Below, piece after piece: positions 43,475 through 59,069 of a stretch of 64,000 nucleotides of DNA. Below the pieces are notes generated by a model. It was not told where the DNA came from. It did not search any database and was given only the letters and a program-made list of their open reading frames with translations. The translations under genes were made by a program, and so were the position numbers. The stretch is from positions 7,006,001 to 7,070,000 of the forward strand of contig OZ231126.1 in the NCBI GenBank assembly GCA_965153355.1, given 5' to 3'. Within the stretch, counting starts at the first letter, position 1. Each line of letters starts with the position of its first letter. The DNA is from Flaccisagitta enflata. Its lineage: Eukaryota.

Positions 43475-44005
43475 TGTACTGTGTGGGGGTCATCCTGTGT
43501 GCTGTGTGAGGGTCATCAACTCATCATGTATGCTGTGTGGGAACTGGGGATCATCATGTGTGCTGTGTGGGGGTCATCATGTGTGCTGTGTAGAGGTCAT
43601 CATGTATGATGTGTGGGGATCATCATATGTGCTGTGAGGGGGTCATGTGCGCTGTGTAGGTGTCATCATGTGATCTGTGTAGGTGTCATCATGTGTGCTG
43701 TGTAGGGGTCATCATGTGATCTGTGTAGAAGTCATCATGTGTGTGGTGTGAGGATCATCATGTGTGCTGTGTGGGGATCTTCATGTGTGCTGTGTAAGGA
43801 CCATCATGTGTGCTGTGCCGGGGTCATCATGTATGCTCTGTGGGGGGCATCATGTGTGCTGTGTGGGGTTTATCATGTGTGCTGTGTGGGGGGAATCATG
43901 TGCGCTGTGTGGAGGTCATCATGTTTGCTGTCTGGGGGGCATCATGTGTGCTGTCTGGGGCTTATCATGTGTGCTGTGAGGGGTCATCATGTATGCTCCG
44001 TGGGG
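43475..44005. repeat. Minisatellite, about 21-bp unit
   Basis: Repeated tcatcatgtgtgctgtgtgggg. Confidence 0.9.
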
Positions 44006-44130
44006 TTGAATGTTCCACTTGTCATGGAAGATAGAGCTAAATAAAGAAGCAGTTCTCAATTGTATTACGCGACAGGGCCATTCCATTCATCTTCCTCAAC
44101 CATGCTAAATGAATAGATAGGTTCAGAAAC

Positions 44131-44247
<117 letters not shown>

Positions 44248-44935
44248 ATATGTTCTCTCAATATTAGCCTTTTCACTCCAAATCACTCTCCAACAGTCCC
44301 CAATAATTGTTACATGCGTCATCGAATGTGTCTGTCTGTCCACCCATAGGTCCGTCCGTTGGTCAGTAGTACAATCTCAATACAGAAGCACTTCACTATA
44401 TGGTCGCATGTCAAAGAACTGTACTTCAAAGTGGTCTTTATGCCGTTAAAGAAATCACTACAAAATATCTTGTTGGTCCGTCCATCCATCCATTCATTCA
44501 TTCATCCATCCGTCCTTCCATCTGTCCGTCCATCTGCCAGTTATAGCTGATATTTTTTTTAATTTAGTCATTTTTGTCTATTTTAGAGTGTTTTAGGTCA
44601 TTGTAAGATGTTTCTAGGTGTGATGTAGTCTCGAAGTACTGTAGTATTGCCCCTACCCAACCATCCACGACTTTTATCCTGTTTTGGGCTTGTTATATAC
44701 TTCATGCAAATAGATTCTAGTAGCAGTAGTTCGCCCATACTTAAGAATGCCAACCAGACGACGCATCTATTGCTTGTCTTTCAAACTTTTTTGTCGCGTG
44801 CACGCGACTCTATAACCAGCTATGTCGGTCCGTCCGTCCGCGTTAGCTTTTTTGGCGTTGCAGGCGTTTTTTGCTTTACTGCTCCTGCGCAGGGAACAAC
44901 AAGAAAAAAATTCCCTTTAAGAGAAAAAGAGAGAG

Positions 44936-45138
<203 letters not shown>

Positions 45139-46934
45139 AGAAAGAAAGAACAGATCCATATTCTTAAAAATGCAAATCTATGCATTCAGAGACACATTAA
45201 GAATTTCATGTAAGACAAGTCAAGGGATGGAGGCAAATTTTCTTTTTTTTCTTTCAATTTTTCCAACTGGTTTTGAATGCAAATAAATATATAACTTTTA
45301 ATAAAAATATGATTTCTTTTTTAAAAATTTCAAATTTATTATTTTTTTTTTAGAATATGATTTGACCGTGAAAATTGCCCCATCCTGTGTACCTTGTCGT
45401 AATGACCGGTTCGAGAAAGAAACATCTAATCACCTCTGAGACGAAGAAATGCCGTAATTATGCCCTCCATCTTCCCACCCCCCTACCTCTTCCATCTTCC
45501 CCTATCTTCCCTCTTCCATCTTCCCCCTATCTTCCCTTCCCCCCCCCCCCCTCACCAGTCGTTCTCCGGTAAAAGCGTCCCGATAGACGAATCAACATTG
45601 GCAATCACCGAATAATGATTCCAGTAAAACAAGTCAAGAGCGAGCCCATGTTCGGAGTGAGCGAGCGTAGCAAGCATAGTGGAGCGAAATGCTGCGGAGC
45701 AAGTGAGCGGAGTGGGTAGTGCCAGCGAACGAACGTAGCGAGCGACTGAGTAGCCTGCTAAAAACGCGATTAGCATGTGTAGAAACATGCCCTGAGACTT
45801 CCAGGTGTTTTTCTACTCAAACTCATCTATAGCTTGACTTGAACATACATCTCAAAGGACTTAAGAATTGCAAAGATTACTGGAAATTGAGGGATATTGT
45901 GTTTTCTTCGCAACAGCCAAATTGACATTAATTCGTACGTGCATGTTACATGAACAAGGCCGTATACACTCCCCCTCCCATGTATGAACAAGTGATGCGG
46001 GGTCACAAAGTTTTGCAATTTTAAATGCTGCTTTGGCCGTTCGGCGGTACGTTTGCCTGTCGATCGTGACTCTATAACCCGCTTTGTCACTGTCTGTCAC
46101 TTTGCTTATTTAGCATTTATGGGCGTTTTCCCCATTACTGCTCCTGCCCAAATGCTTGGTTTAGCCTCTATTATTACTGCCCCTGCTCCTATTTTTAGTC
46201 GCGTGCACGCGACTCTATAACCCACTCTGTCCATCTGTTGGTCAGAGACGCTTAGCTTTTTGCCGTCGTTTTATGCCATTATGAGTCATTTTAAGTCATT
46301 TTAAGTTATTTAAAGTTAATTGAAGTTTTTTCAGTCTCTTAGTCTTTTGGTCTTTTAGTCTTTTAGTCACATGGTCTTGCGCCACATATGGCCTGTATAA
46401 AAACAAGGCCAAGAGATGTCCAACAGATGCATCCTCTTTTTATGTAAGATATTAACATACAAATCATTTACATATAAAAATTTTGATAGCATGATATAAT
46501 GATATGAAGATATTAAGATATTGAGATAGAGAGAAAAATATTATCTAATTCTTCGCTCACCCCCCCCCTAACTCTCTCCCCTCCCACTCCTCATTCCCCA
46601 ACACCTCCCCACCCCCACCCCCACGCCTCCCCGGCCCAGCCCCCGACGCCTCCCCATCCTCCTACGCCTCCCCACCCCCACGCCTCCCCAAACCCCATTG
46701 CCTCCCCACCCACCCCCATGCCTCCCCACCCCTCCCCACTATGTGAAGAGACATGGAGAGACCTTAAGAGACATAAGGAAACAAGAGGAGACATGAGAGA
46801 CATGAAAAAACATGAGGAGACATGAAGAGACATAAGAGACATGAGAGACATAAGAGACCAGATTGTTCCCCCTCCCCCCGTGAGGGGGGAAAATAATCAA
46901 AGGGTCTGGAGATGGGGAAGGAAATCAAAGGGAA

Positions 46935-47455
46935 ACTAGTCATCCAAGGATCGCACATGGTCAGCGATACCCGATGCCCTGCTGGGAGTGATCCAGTAAA
47001 GAGGTGGAGTGAGAGCAGGGCAGCGGCCCCAAAGGGCCGATGTCCTGTAGAACACAGGGGGGAATTTCCAGACGTCCTGAGGGGGCAATAGATGACTGAT
47101 TCAGGCCAAAGAAGGCATAGTTGAAGGCTGGAGGGCAGAATTAAGGCTTGGAGAGTGGATTTGAGGTTTGGAGGGCAAATTTGAGCCAAAGAAGGCTGAT
47201 TTGATGCTTGGAGGCCTAATTGAAGGTCTGGAGGGCAGATCTGAGGTCTGGAGGTCAGATTTGAGGCGGGGGGGCTGATTTGAAGCCTGGAAGGCTGATT
47301 TGAGGTCTGAAGGGTTAAATTTAGGGCTGGGAGGGCAAATTTGAGGCCTTGATGGCCAACGGGGGGGGGGGACGGACGGAAGGACGGACGGACGTATGGA
47401 AATTCCCCCCTGTGTTCTACAGGACATCGGCCCTTTGGGGCCGCTGCCCAAAAAG
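46935..47455 (-). mobile_element. HINE-like family 2 copy nested in a hAT-type MITE
   Basis: gggcagcggcccc / ggggccgctgccc inverted pair with an internal ~21-bp tandem repeat. The flanks resemble the 20088-20417 element (ends tatacacccctg near 47803). Confidence 0.6.
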
Positions 47456-49104
47456 AGAAAACAAGGCCGGATACACGGCCAATACCAGTTGCGGACGGGT
47501 GGGCAGGGGCGGAAATGCGCGTTTTCCCACTTTTCAACTCGAGCGTGACGGACCAACCGACGGACCGACGGACCGACGGACGGACAAAGCCTCTTATAGA
47601 GTTGCGTGTCCGCAACTAAAAAGGAAATTTGGGGAAAATATAACGTTTGACAGTACCAAATCATAAAACACGATTAGTAAAACACAATTTAACACTATCT
47701 AAAACTTAACTAAAAAATTTTATTGCTATATGGCGAAGAAATTCATAGATATAAAAACGCGGGGGGGGGGGGAATCAATAGCGACTCAATAATATACACC
47801 CCTGTAAGAGACATTAGAGAAATAAAGTGTTTAGTTTTCGATCAAGCTCGCAAAAACTTCAACTTATGTCTACCCTTGGCTATGATGACTTCTATTCGGC
47901 ATTAGTATGATACATCGAACCTTAGCAAGAGTTAGAAGAAAAAGAAGAAGAAGAAGAAGAAGAAGAAGAAGAAGAAGAAGAAGAAGAAGAAGAAGAAAAA
48001 GAAGAAGAAGAAGAAAAAGAAAAAGAAAAAGAAGAAGAAGAAGAAGAAGAAGAAGAAGAAGAAGAAGAAGAAGAAGAAGAAGGAGAAGAAGAAGAAGAAG
48101 AAAAAAGAAAAAGAAAAAGACAAAGACAAAGACAAAGACAAAGAAAAAGAAAAAGAAAAAGAAAAAGAAAAAGAAAAAGAAAAAGAAGAAGAAGAAGAGG
48201 AGGAAAAAGAAAAATTTACAGTAACAGTTTATCAAACTGCGCCTTCGGAAGCGGAATCCACTTGTTTTTCTGCATTTGCTATACAGACATGTCATCTTAA
48301 AATTATTCTTATTTCTAAATGCTTTGAGCAACTGGAACGGGATTGGTCGCAAGTGAAAGATCTTTTAAAGTAGTTTCTGAATCTCACTAGGTATTATTAT
48401 TTAAAAGTGTTTATGGGTAAACGAAGATTTTTTATGATGCAGAATCCTAAGATTACCGTCCAGATCACTATCTGGCCAAGGTACCCTGGGACAATATCAA
48501 GTGTCGCTTCGCGAATGGGTGATTCTAGACATATTCTTAAGCCATCAAGTACAAAGCGCTGGGAACTTTTTGGTTGAATGACTTTGATGAATATCAAAAC
48601 TGCGTTGAAGGTAATCCAACATCATCTCCCCCATCAATCATTGTCTTAATCCACTAAAAGTCTTTGGATGAACTGCTTTCGAATAAAGATAGATAATGCT
48701 TTGTCTTTGTTACCCCGTCTAAGAGAGTTCCTGAAAGAAAGTGGAAATGCACTTCTTGATGTGTAACTCCTATGATTTTTAATCGCGTGCTACGCGACTC
48801 TACACCGCGCTTTGTCAGTCTGTCTATTGGTCACATTTGTCTTTTCCATGTCTTTAGTTGCGGACACGCAACTCTATAAGAGGCTTTGTCCATCCGTCCG
48901 TCCGCCCGATGGTCCGTCGGTATGTCGGTCGGTCCGTCCGTCCGTAAGCACGAGTCGAAAAGTGGGAAAATGCGCATATCCGCCCCTGCCGACCCGTCCG
49001 CAACTGATGGCCGTGTATCCGGCCTTGTTTATTCTTTGACCTCCTTGCTTCTGCCCAAATGCTATGATGACCTTCAATACAGCCCCTGCCCTACCACACG
49101 CATC

Positions 49105-49216
<112 letters not shown>

Positions 49217-49601
49217 GCAACAACGACAACGACAACAAAAACTTAAGCATTTTTTAAAATCATCCAATAGTTCATATAGCTATTTAGTTCCCTGCGTACC
49301 CTTCAAACTTTACGTCTCAAATGAGGTGAGTGTGATATGAGTGCAATAGATTGTGGACATAATTTGTACCTTCTGTCCTGGGATCGCTGAGAGCAGCCTT
49401 CACATAAATGTACCATTAACTTTTCTTGATTGAGTGTCATTCAAAAGCGATGGATGGCATAACTTTTCATTTTGGGAACTGGAAGGCCCTTCCTGTGGAA
49501 GGCGAAGGAAAGGTGCGGCGTTGAGTAGAGGGGGACGATGAACAAAGCAAATACGGTAAATCAACTTCTTTTTCCATCAAGCCATCCATCACTTTCATCT
49601 C

Positions 49602-49703
<102 letters not shown>

Positions 49704-51907
49704 GGTTCGTGTTCGTGTCTCAGGCGTGGGTATGTTTCGTCGGAGGGAAACAAAGAATTTCAAATTTTATTTTTCTTTCTCAAATCGCCTTCCAACCTTG
49801 AGATGGAATCAACGTTTTTTGTTGGCTGTGCGAGACTTAAAAAATCTAAAGATGATGATGATGATGCCCAGAGTGGTCATCGAAAATTTAAGCAAAATGG
49901 TTCCTTTTTGCTTCTCTGCACTGTACTCTCCATCATAAAAATAAAAATCGTTCTCACTAATTCATTTTGTTCGTTTCTTTTATTCAAGCTTTTCATCAGT
50001 TTTTTAAGTCGCGACTCTACACCCTGCTTTGTCCGTCCATCCGTCCGTCCATCCGCTGATCGAGCTGTTGGTCACACTTAAATCTCTTATGTTTTTTAGT
50101 CACGGCAAACGCGACTCTATGACCCGCTATGTCGGTCGGTCGGTCCGTCCATCCATTGGTCGGTCTCCGCTAACTTTTTTTCGCCGTCTTACATTGTCTC
50201 AAGTCATTTTAGGTCATTTCAAATTTTGACTTTTTGTCTTTTAGTCTTGACGACCGCACGCGACTAAGAGGTGTTGGCCTTGTTAATGCTTGACCCAGGG
50301 TAGCCGTGTATCCGGCCTTGTTTAATTACACTGCAAGTATTAAATTTCAAATTTTCTGTATCTTTTTCTTTCAAAGTTATGTTTTATACCTTTGTCCCTT
50401 TTTTATACCTAGTCATATTTTGTACCTTTTGCAAGTGTTTTACACGCATGATCAGGCTAGTAGCAATCGTCGAGGCACTAAATCAGTCACTGCTGCATGA
50501 TACACTCTCTTTTTTTATAAGAACGTCATTTTTTTTCAAAGGCTTCATGTTCTTATTTTCAAGGCCAAATGAAGCCTTCAACATTCTTAGAGCGTTCTTA
50601 ATTTTCAATACTATATAAACTATAGGAAACCTTAAAATATACTATTACTCAATTAAACTAAATGTATTTTTACTAAATACTGTTAAAACAAATGCCAATC
50701 ATCAAAGTCTAAGGATATTTTCATGATATTTATTTAAAAATTATAAAATATCATCTTAATAATACAAAAATTCAAATGTTTTTTTAATAATCTTTAAGTA
50801 ATATCTTAAGCGAAATTTTTTTCTCAAGATTTGAAGCCTTTGTTTGTTCAAAAGATGTTCTTAATTTTAAGGCCATTCGAAGCCTTGATGTTCTTATAAA
50901 CTAGGTTCTTATAAAAAAAAAGAGTGTAGATTACTGAGAAAATTTGACCATAAACAAACAGATCACCATGAAGAAAACTGAAGATGCTAAGTAACAAAAA
51001 AAAAACAAGGCCAAGTAGGCCAGTATGTGCGACGTGAAGATCATTGAGCGACCGACCGACCGACCGACAAAGCCTCTCGTTCGTTGATATGAAAACAATC
51101 AAATGTGAGGGTCATAACAGAATTTGCAAGCTATTACTCTTTAAACTTCCTTCTACTTAGTGGGTGGGTCAGTATGATGGTCGTTCATAACTCGGTGAAT
51201 TTGTTTGTCCATTGACAGTCGTATTAGCTGTTTTGACAGTCCCTGCGTGAGCGAGTTGATAAGTTACTAAGTATGACTTGGACAAAATTACATTAATACC
51301 AATATAAAACAAGGCCGGATTACTGGTGGCTGCCAGGCTTAGTGGAAGCAAAGGGAATCTGGGCTGGAGCAGATATGCTCAAAGCGGCCGAAAACGTAAA
51401 AGGGGACCGACCAACCAACCAACCGAACGACCAACTGACCCCGAGATAGACTGTAGGTCGCGTAGCACGCGACGAAAAGGACAAGAGCCTTGGGAGCTCG
51501 TACTGGTGTTTCATGCGCACCTCACAGCTATCCTATAAAAATCCATCTTAAAACCAAAGAGCGGCTTACCAGATACAAATCTAAGAAAAACTATAATTGT
51601 CATAAGAAATGTGCTAGTGACAAGAAAAAGTACCAGATTTGTGCGCTGAATTGCAACCCATGTATCCCTCACACCTATCTGATCTTCCCATTGTAAAATG
51701 CTCATAACATCCATGAGTTACCGAGTACGATGTAACTATTTTTTATTCCTCTCACTTTGAATTTTTCTACCCAGAGAATAATGCTACCGAATGAGCCATT
51801 AATGATGATCTGCCAGACTCTTGCCGTGCCTTCTTTGAAAGTTACAAGAGGCGCATCCATCTTGAATTAAACATGGATGCACCGAGGCAGATGAACCACA
51901 ATAGGTA

Positions 51908-53092
51908 AAGTGGGTTTCGTGGAATAACAGACTAAAATGGGGGAATGTATTTAAGCGTCCTAATTTCATTTGACAGACTTGATGCTTATGTCCCTGAGTT
52001 TTTGGTTGCCAAGGAAACCAAAATCTTTTTTTTTTTTTTTTTTTGAACAGTCATAACTATTGAAATATTAATGATTTCAGCAGTGTTATGAGGGAACATT
52101 GCTCAGAATGAAATTTACAACAACTTTTCCACAGTATGCTCTGTAAGAATATCGCTTGTTGCTAGGAAGCGTCATTTATGGTCTTAACAATCGCACGCGA
52201 CTGTAAGGTGTTGGCCTTGTTTAGGCAAAGATGAGTTGGGATGGGTCTGACCAGCGGGCACCGAGAAACTGGGTAATCGCGAGGATGACGTAGAACGGTA
52301 AAGCTGTCTGAGAACGGTAAAGGCTAATTCTAAGGTGCCAAAAAAATTTTTCTTCTGAAAAAAGAGAAGAAAGCGTGGCAAACAAAATCAGTAAGCGACA
52401 AAATTGCGAAAGCCAATCAATAGTAACAGTTTTTTTTTCTTTTTTGTATCCAAAAACGAGATGAAAGGCACAAATGGAAATCACAGAAGACATAAAAAGG
52501 CGGGGGGGGGGGGGAGTAGCGATTCAAATTTCACCATCGACATCTGCAGCAGGGAGCGGAGAACGCTCGAGTAACATGCAACCATTCTCACGTTGTAGTG
52601 TAATGTAAAGACGCTCAAAGAATATCGCTTGTTGTTCTTTTTGTCACCGCGCAAGTTGCTCGACTGGACGTTGACAATTGCCGAGACAGCCAAGAGATAG
52701 GCGGCGGCATTTTCTTCCCAGAGACCGAAGGTGGACACAGGGAGAGGGATTAGGCCAGCGCCAAGCGGAAGTTTGTCTTCATTCATTGTCATTTATTGGT
52801 TGCTATGTGTGATGCTCCCTAGCAACGGCTAAACTAGCATTATTCTCACAGAACATACAGTGGGAAAGTTGTGGCAAATTTAATTCTGAGCAATGTTCCC
52901 CGATTATCTGTCAAAATATTAATATTCTAGCGGTTATGAATATTCAAAAAAAATGATTTTGGTTTCCATAGCAACCGAAAAACGCAGGGACACAAGTATC
53001 AATTGAACAACTTATATTCTAATTATCAAGTTTGTCAAATGAAATTAATACACCTTCCTCCAGTTTGGGCTTTTATTCCATGAACCCCACTG
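51908..53092. mobile_element. Old Tc1/mariner-type element with about 260-bp TIRs
   Basis: 51908-52170 is a diverged reverse complement of about 52818-53092 (ends ...ccccactg-TA). Confidence 0.65.
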
Positions 53093-53169
53093 TAATTCAA
53101 GAGTCAAACGAAAAGGATGAACTCTACAACACCATTAAGAAAATTTACGTTGGAGCTTGTAAAAGAAAA

Positions 53170-53505
<336 letters not shown>

Positions 53506-53666
53506 ATAACTGCAAAATCAATAAAGAAAAACCTTAACAGCAAGAACAAAAGTAAACAACAACAAAATCAACAATAACACCTCGTAATTTGATGAGGTGA
53601 AGAAAAAAGTGCACCCAGCAAAAAAAAAGAGATATTTTCTTTGAGGTGATCAGAGGAGGCAAGGCA

Positions 53667-55428
<1,762 letters not shown>

Positions 55429-55440
55429 GTGAGAAAATGC

Positions 55441-55518
<78 letters not shown>

Positions 55519-55575
55519 CAATGAGGATAATGTTGATGAAAATGCAGCAGCTTGAAGCGATTGTATTGAATGATA

Positions 55576-55656
<81 letters not shown>

Positions 55657-55706
55657 TTGATTCATGCATCCTCTCATCCCTCTTAATTACACATCTTTCT
55701 TTTCAG

Positions 55707-55841
55707 GATTGACGTCTTTGCCTCCTCTTTCTCCTTCATCGTGTTTGAAGAAACTCGTCGCTAAACAATGTAACATTCAGTCTCTTCCTCATAATCTGTT
55801 TCATCACAAATCGGAAGACATCAACTTGTTTGGAAACAAAG
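55707..55841 (+). CDS. ROCO gene exon 2: 135-nt symmetric (phase 1-1) LRR cassette
   Basis: Acceptor ctttcttttcag at 55706. Encodes (G)LTSLPPLSPSSCLKKLVAKQCNIQSLPHNLFHHKSEDINLFGNK. Donor AAAG|GTGGTG. In frame with exon 1. Confidence 0.82.
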
Positions 55842-55860
55842 GTGGTGATGATGATGATGT

Positions 55861-55937
<77 letters not shown>

Positions 55938-56023
55938 GTGAGGATGATGATGATGATGGTGATGTTGATGATGATGATTCATGTATCCTCTTATCCCTCT
56001 TAATAGATCATCTCTCTTTTCAG

Positions 56024-56158
56024 GATTGACGTCTTTGCCTCCTCTTTCTCCTTCATCGTGTTTGAAGATACTCTACGCTCGTGGATGTGACATTCAGTCT
56101 CTTCCTCATAATCTGTTTCATCACAAATTGGAAGAGATCGACTTGTTTGGAAACAAAG
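56024..56158 (+). CDS. ROCO gene exon 3: 135-nt symmetric (phase 1-1) LRR cassette, duplicate of exon 2
   Basis: Acceptor ctctcttttcag at 56023. Encodes (G)LTSLPPLSPSSCLKILYARGCDIQSLPHNLFHHKLEEIDLFGNK. Donor AAAG|GTGATG. Confidence 0.85.
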
Positions 56159-56186
56159 GTGATGATGATGATGATGATGATGATGC

Positions 56187-56223
<37 letters not shown>

Positions 56224-57529
56224 AATGATGACGATGACTTTTAATGGCTTAAATACTCAGTGATAAAATTTTGTTACTTGCGTGCTATGCGATTCTACAC
56301 CCCAAATTGTTTATCCGTCGGTTGGTTGTTTAGTTTTTTATTTTTCATGTTTCTTTTCTTATGTTATGTTTTTGCACCCTTTGGCCTCACTGCTCCTGGC
56401 CAAATACTCTAGTGACCTTATAAGTGGCCCCCGCCCACCCGCATGCGACCAGGATAGCCGTGTATCACGCAAATCAAAGAAAAAGACGCAGCCCTTGATT
56501 TATTAATGAAACAGATCACAAAAATGATTTTAACTATTTTCAGTAAAGTCGTTTTTAAAGATTTTCAAAAAATCTTTCATTCTAGACCAACCCAAGGTCT
56601 GTATCTCAATCGGTTTAGAAGCTAGAGCTCTGCAAAGAGAAGCACTATTTTCCTGAAATGCATTTTATAGTAGCGTGCACGCGACTCTACAACCCTCTTT
56701 GTCCGTCCGTTGGTCCATCGGTCCGTCGGTCCATTGGTCCATCACACTTTACTTTTTTATTATACTTAAAGTTATTCCTAGTCATTCTAAGTCATTCTAA
56801 GTCATTCTTAGTCATCCTAAGTCATTCTTACTCATTCTAAGTCATTCTAAATTATTTTAAGTCACTTAAGTCAAATAGGTCAAAAAAGTCATTTCAGTCA
56901 TTTTAGGTCTTTTTAAGTCATTTAAAGTTGTCCTGAGTCACTTTAAGTCATCTTGAGTCAATAAAAGTCATCTTAAGTTATCTATATCTCGCACGCGACT
57001 TATAGGTGTTGGCCTTGTTCCATAGGGATTGCGAAACTGAAATGAGCAACATTTTTAGTCGCGTGCTATGCGACTCTACACCCCGCTTTGTCGGTCCGTC
57101 CATCGCTTCGTCCGTCCGTCGGTCCGTCCGTCACACTTTACTTTTTTGGTTTTTTTGCGGTCTTTGGGCTCACTGCTCCTGCCCAAATGATCAAGTGACC
57201 TCAATTACAGCCCCTTCCCACCCGCATGCGACTGGGGTAGCCGTTTATCCGGCATTGTTATTCAAACTAATGCCATTTTTAGTCGCGGACACGCGACTCT
57301 ACACCTTGCCGAGCGGTTTTTGCAATATTGCTTCTGCCCAACAGTCCGCGACTGGATTGCCGTGTATCCGGCCTTGTTTGATTAGTTTCTCTAAATTTTT
57401 ATGGCTAAAAGAGTTTTTTAGATGCGTCCTCGCATCTCTATAATAGGTCATGTCCGTCCGTTGGTCGGTTGGTTGGTTGGTTACGCATTCGTCCAAATCG
57501 AGAAATCCTGCAGAAATCTTGCAGAATAT

Positions 57530-57765
57530 TGCATCATAATCATCAGCATCATCGTCGTCATCATCTTCGTCATCATAATCATCATCGTCGTCATCGTCGT
57601 CATCATCATCATCATCATCATCATCGTCGTCGTCAAAGTCGTCATCATCAGCATCAACGTTACAATCCTCATCGTTGTCATCATTCATCGACATCATCCT
57701 TATCAGTTTTTTTTTCATCGACATCAACATTATCGTCGTCATCATAAAATCATCATCATAGTTAC

Positions 57766-57826
<61 letters not shown>

Positions 57827-58108
57827 GCTACCATCATCATCGTCGTTACCATCATCATCATCGTTACCATCATCATCATCGTTACCATCGTCATCATCAT
57901 CATCATCGTCGTCGTCGTCGTCGTCGTCGTCGTCATCATCATCATCATCATCATCATCATCGCTACTATCGTCATCATCATCGTCATCGTCATCGTCATC
58001 ATCATCAGCGTCGTCGTCGTTGTGATCGTCATAATCAACGTCATCGTCATAATCAATGTCATCGTTATAATCGTCAACGTTGTCATCATTCAACATCATC
58101 ATTATCAT
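57530..58108. repeat. (CAT/CGT)n compound microsatellite in ROCO intron 3
   Basis: Seen directly; complementary in orientation to the (GAT)n tracts at 55441-56240. Confidence 0.9.
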
Positions 58109-58119
58109 AGTTTTTTACA

Positions 58120-58505
58120 TACGTCCTCTCATCTCTATGATAGGGCATGTCTGTCCGTTGGTCGGTTGGTTACACATTCATCATAATCCACTATATCCAG
58201 GCCATATCACACATGAATCACAAGCAAACCACCACATATCAATTTTAGATGCGTCCTCTTATCTCTTTAAGAGGGCATGTCCATCCGTTGGTCAGTTGCT
58301 TTCACATTCATCATAATCCACTATATCCAGGCCATATCACACATGAATCACAAGCAAACCACCACATATCAATTTTAGATGTGTCCTCTTATCTCTATAA
58401 GAGGGCATGTCCATCCGTTGGTCAGTTGCTTACACATTCATCATAATCCACTATATTTATGCTATATCACACATGAATCACAAGCAAACCACCACATATC
58501 ATTTT
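58120..58505. repeat. Tandem repeat, about 120-bp unit, 3 copies, in ROCO intron 3
   Basis: agggcatgtc..ccgttggtc..cacattcatcataatccactatat..atcacacatgaatcacaagcaaaccaccacatatc repeated three times. Confidence 0.85.
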
Positions 58506-58951
58506 CTATAGTTAAACTATGAAATTTGCAACAACTATGTATGATAAAAAATATTTTTAACTGCCCATGCAAATGTCATATCATTAAACAGGTTCATAAA
58601 CTGGATCAATAAAGCAGAGCAGCATGGCATAAATTCATATGATATTAAAGAAGACATTTTTAGTGAGAATAAAGTAGAACCATATAGTAAAATCATATAA
58701 AGAAAGACCTCATAAAACAAGATTAAGTAAAGTAAGGTCACATCAAGCATTAACATAAGCAAAATCATCAAGTGGCACCTCAAGCTATGATACCCAAAAA
58801 GTGAAACTATTATGTGAGACAATTAAAAATGTAATCATATAAAAAAAGACCATATAAATAAAGAAGAGGACGCATCGTTGGCCTATCTGGCCTTGTTTTT
58901 ATTCGCGTGGTATCCAGCCTTGTTTCATTTCTCACTTATATTCAGTTCTCA

Positions 58952-59068
<117 letters not shown>

Positions 59069-59069
59069 G

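Noticed and set aside
43475-44005. CRISPR-like array or Cys-rich protein ORFs
   Set aside because: Contiguous ~21-bp degenerate units with no unique spacers; it is a minisatellite and the ORFs are artefacts.
46764-47666. ORFs of 283 and 187 aa
   Set aside because: They lie within HINE-like repeats and their internal minisatellite; no transposase or other motifs.
52481-52792. 103-aa minus-strand ORF as a transposase remnant or divergent gene
   Set aside because: No DDE, HTH or other recognisable motif.
55707-56158. Diversity-generating retroelement (template/variable repeat) explanation for the exon 2/3 pair
   Set aside because: Only 7 of 12 differences are at adenines of exon 2, both copies have splice signals, and no DGR-type reverse transcriptase is nearby.
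57299-58186. PolyD/polyI ORFs of 250-270 aa
   Set aside because: Translations of a (CAT/CGT)n microsatellite inside an intron.
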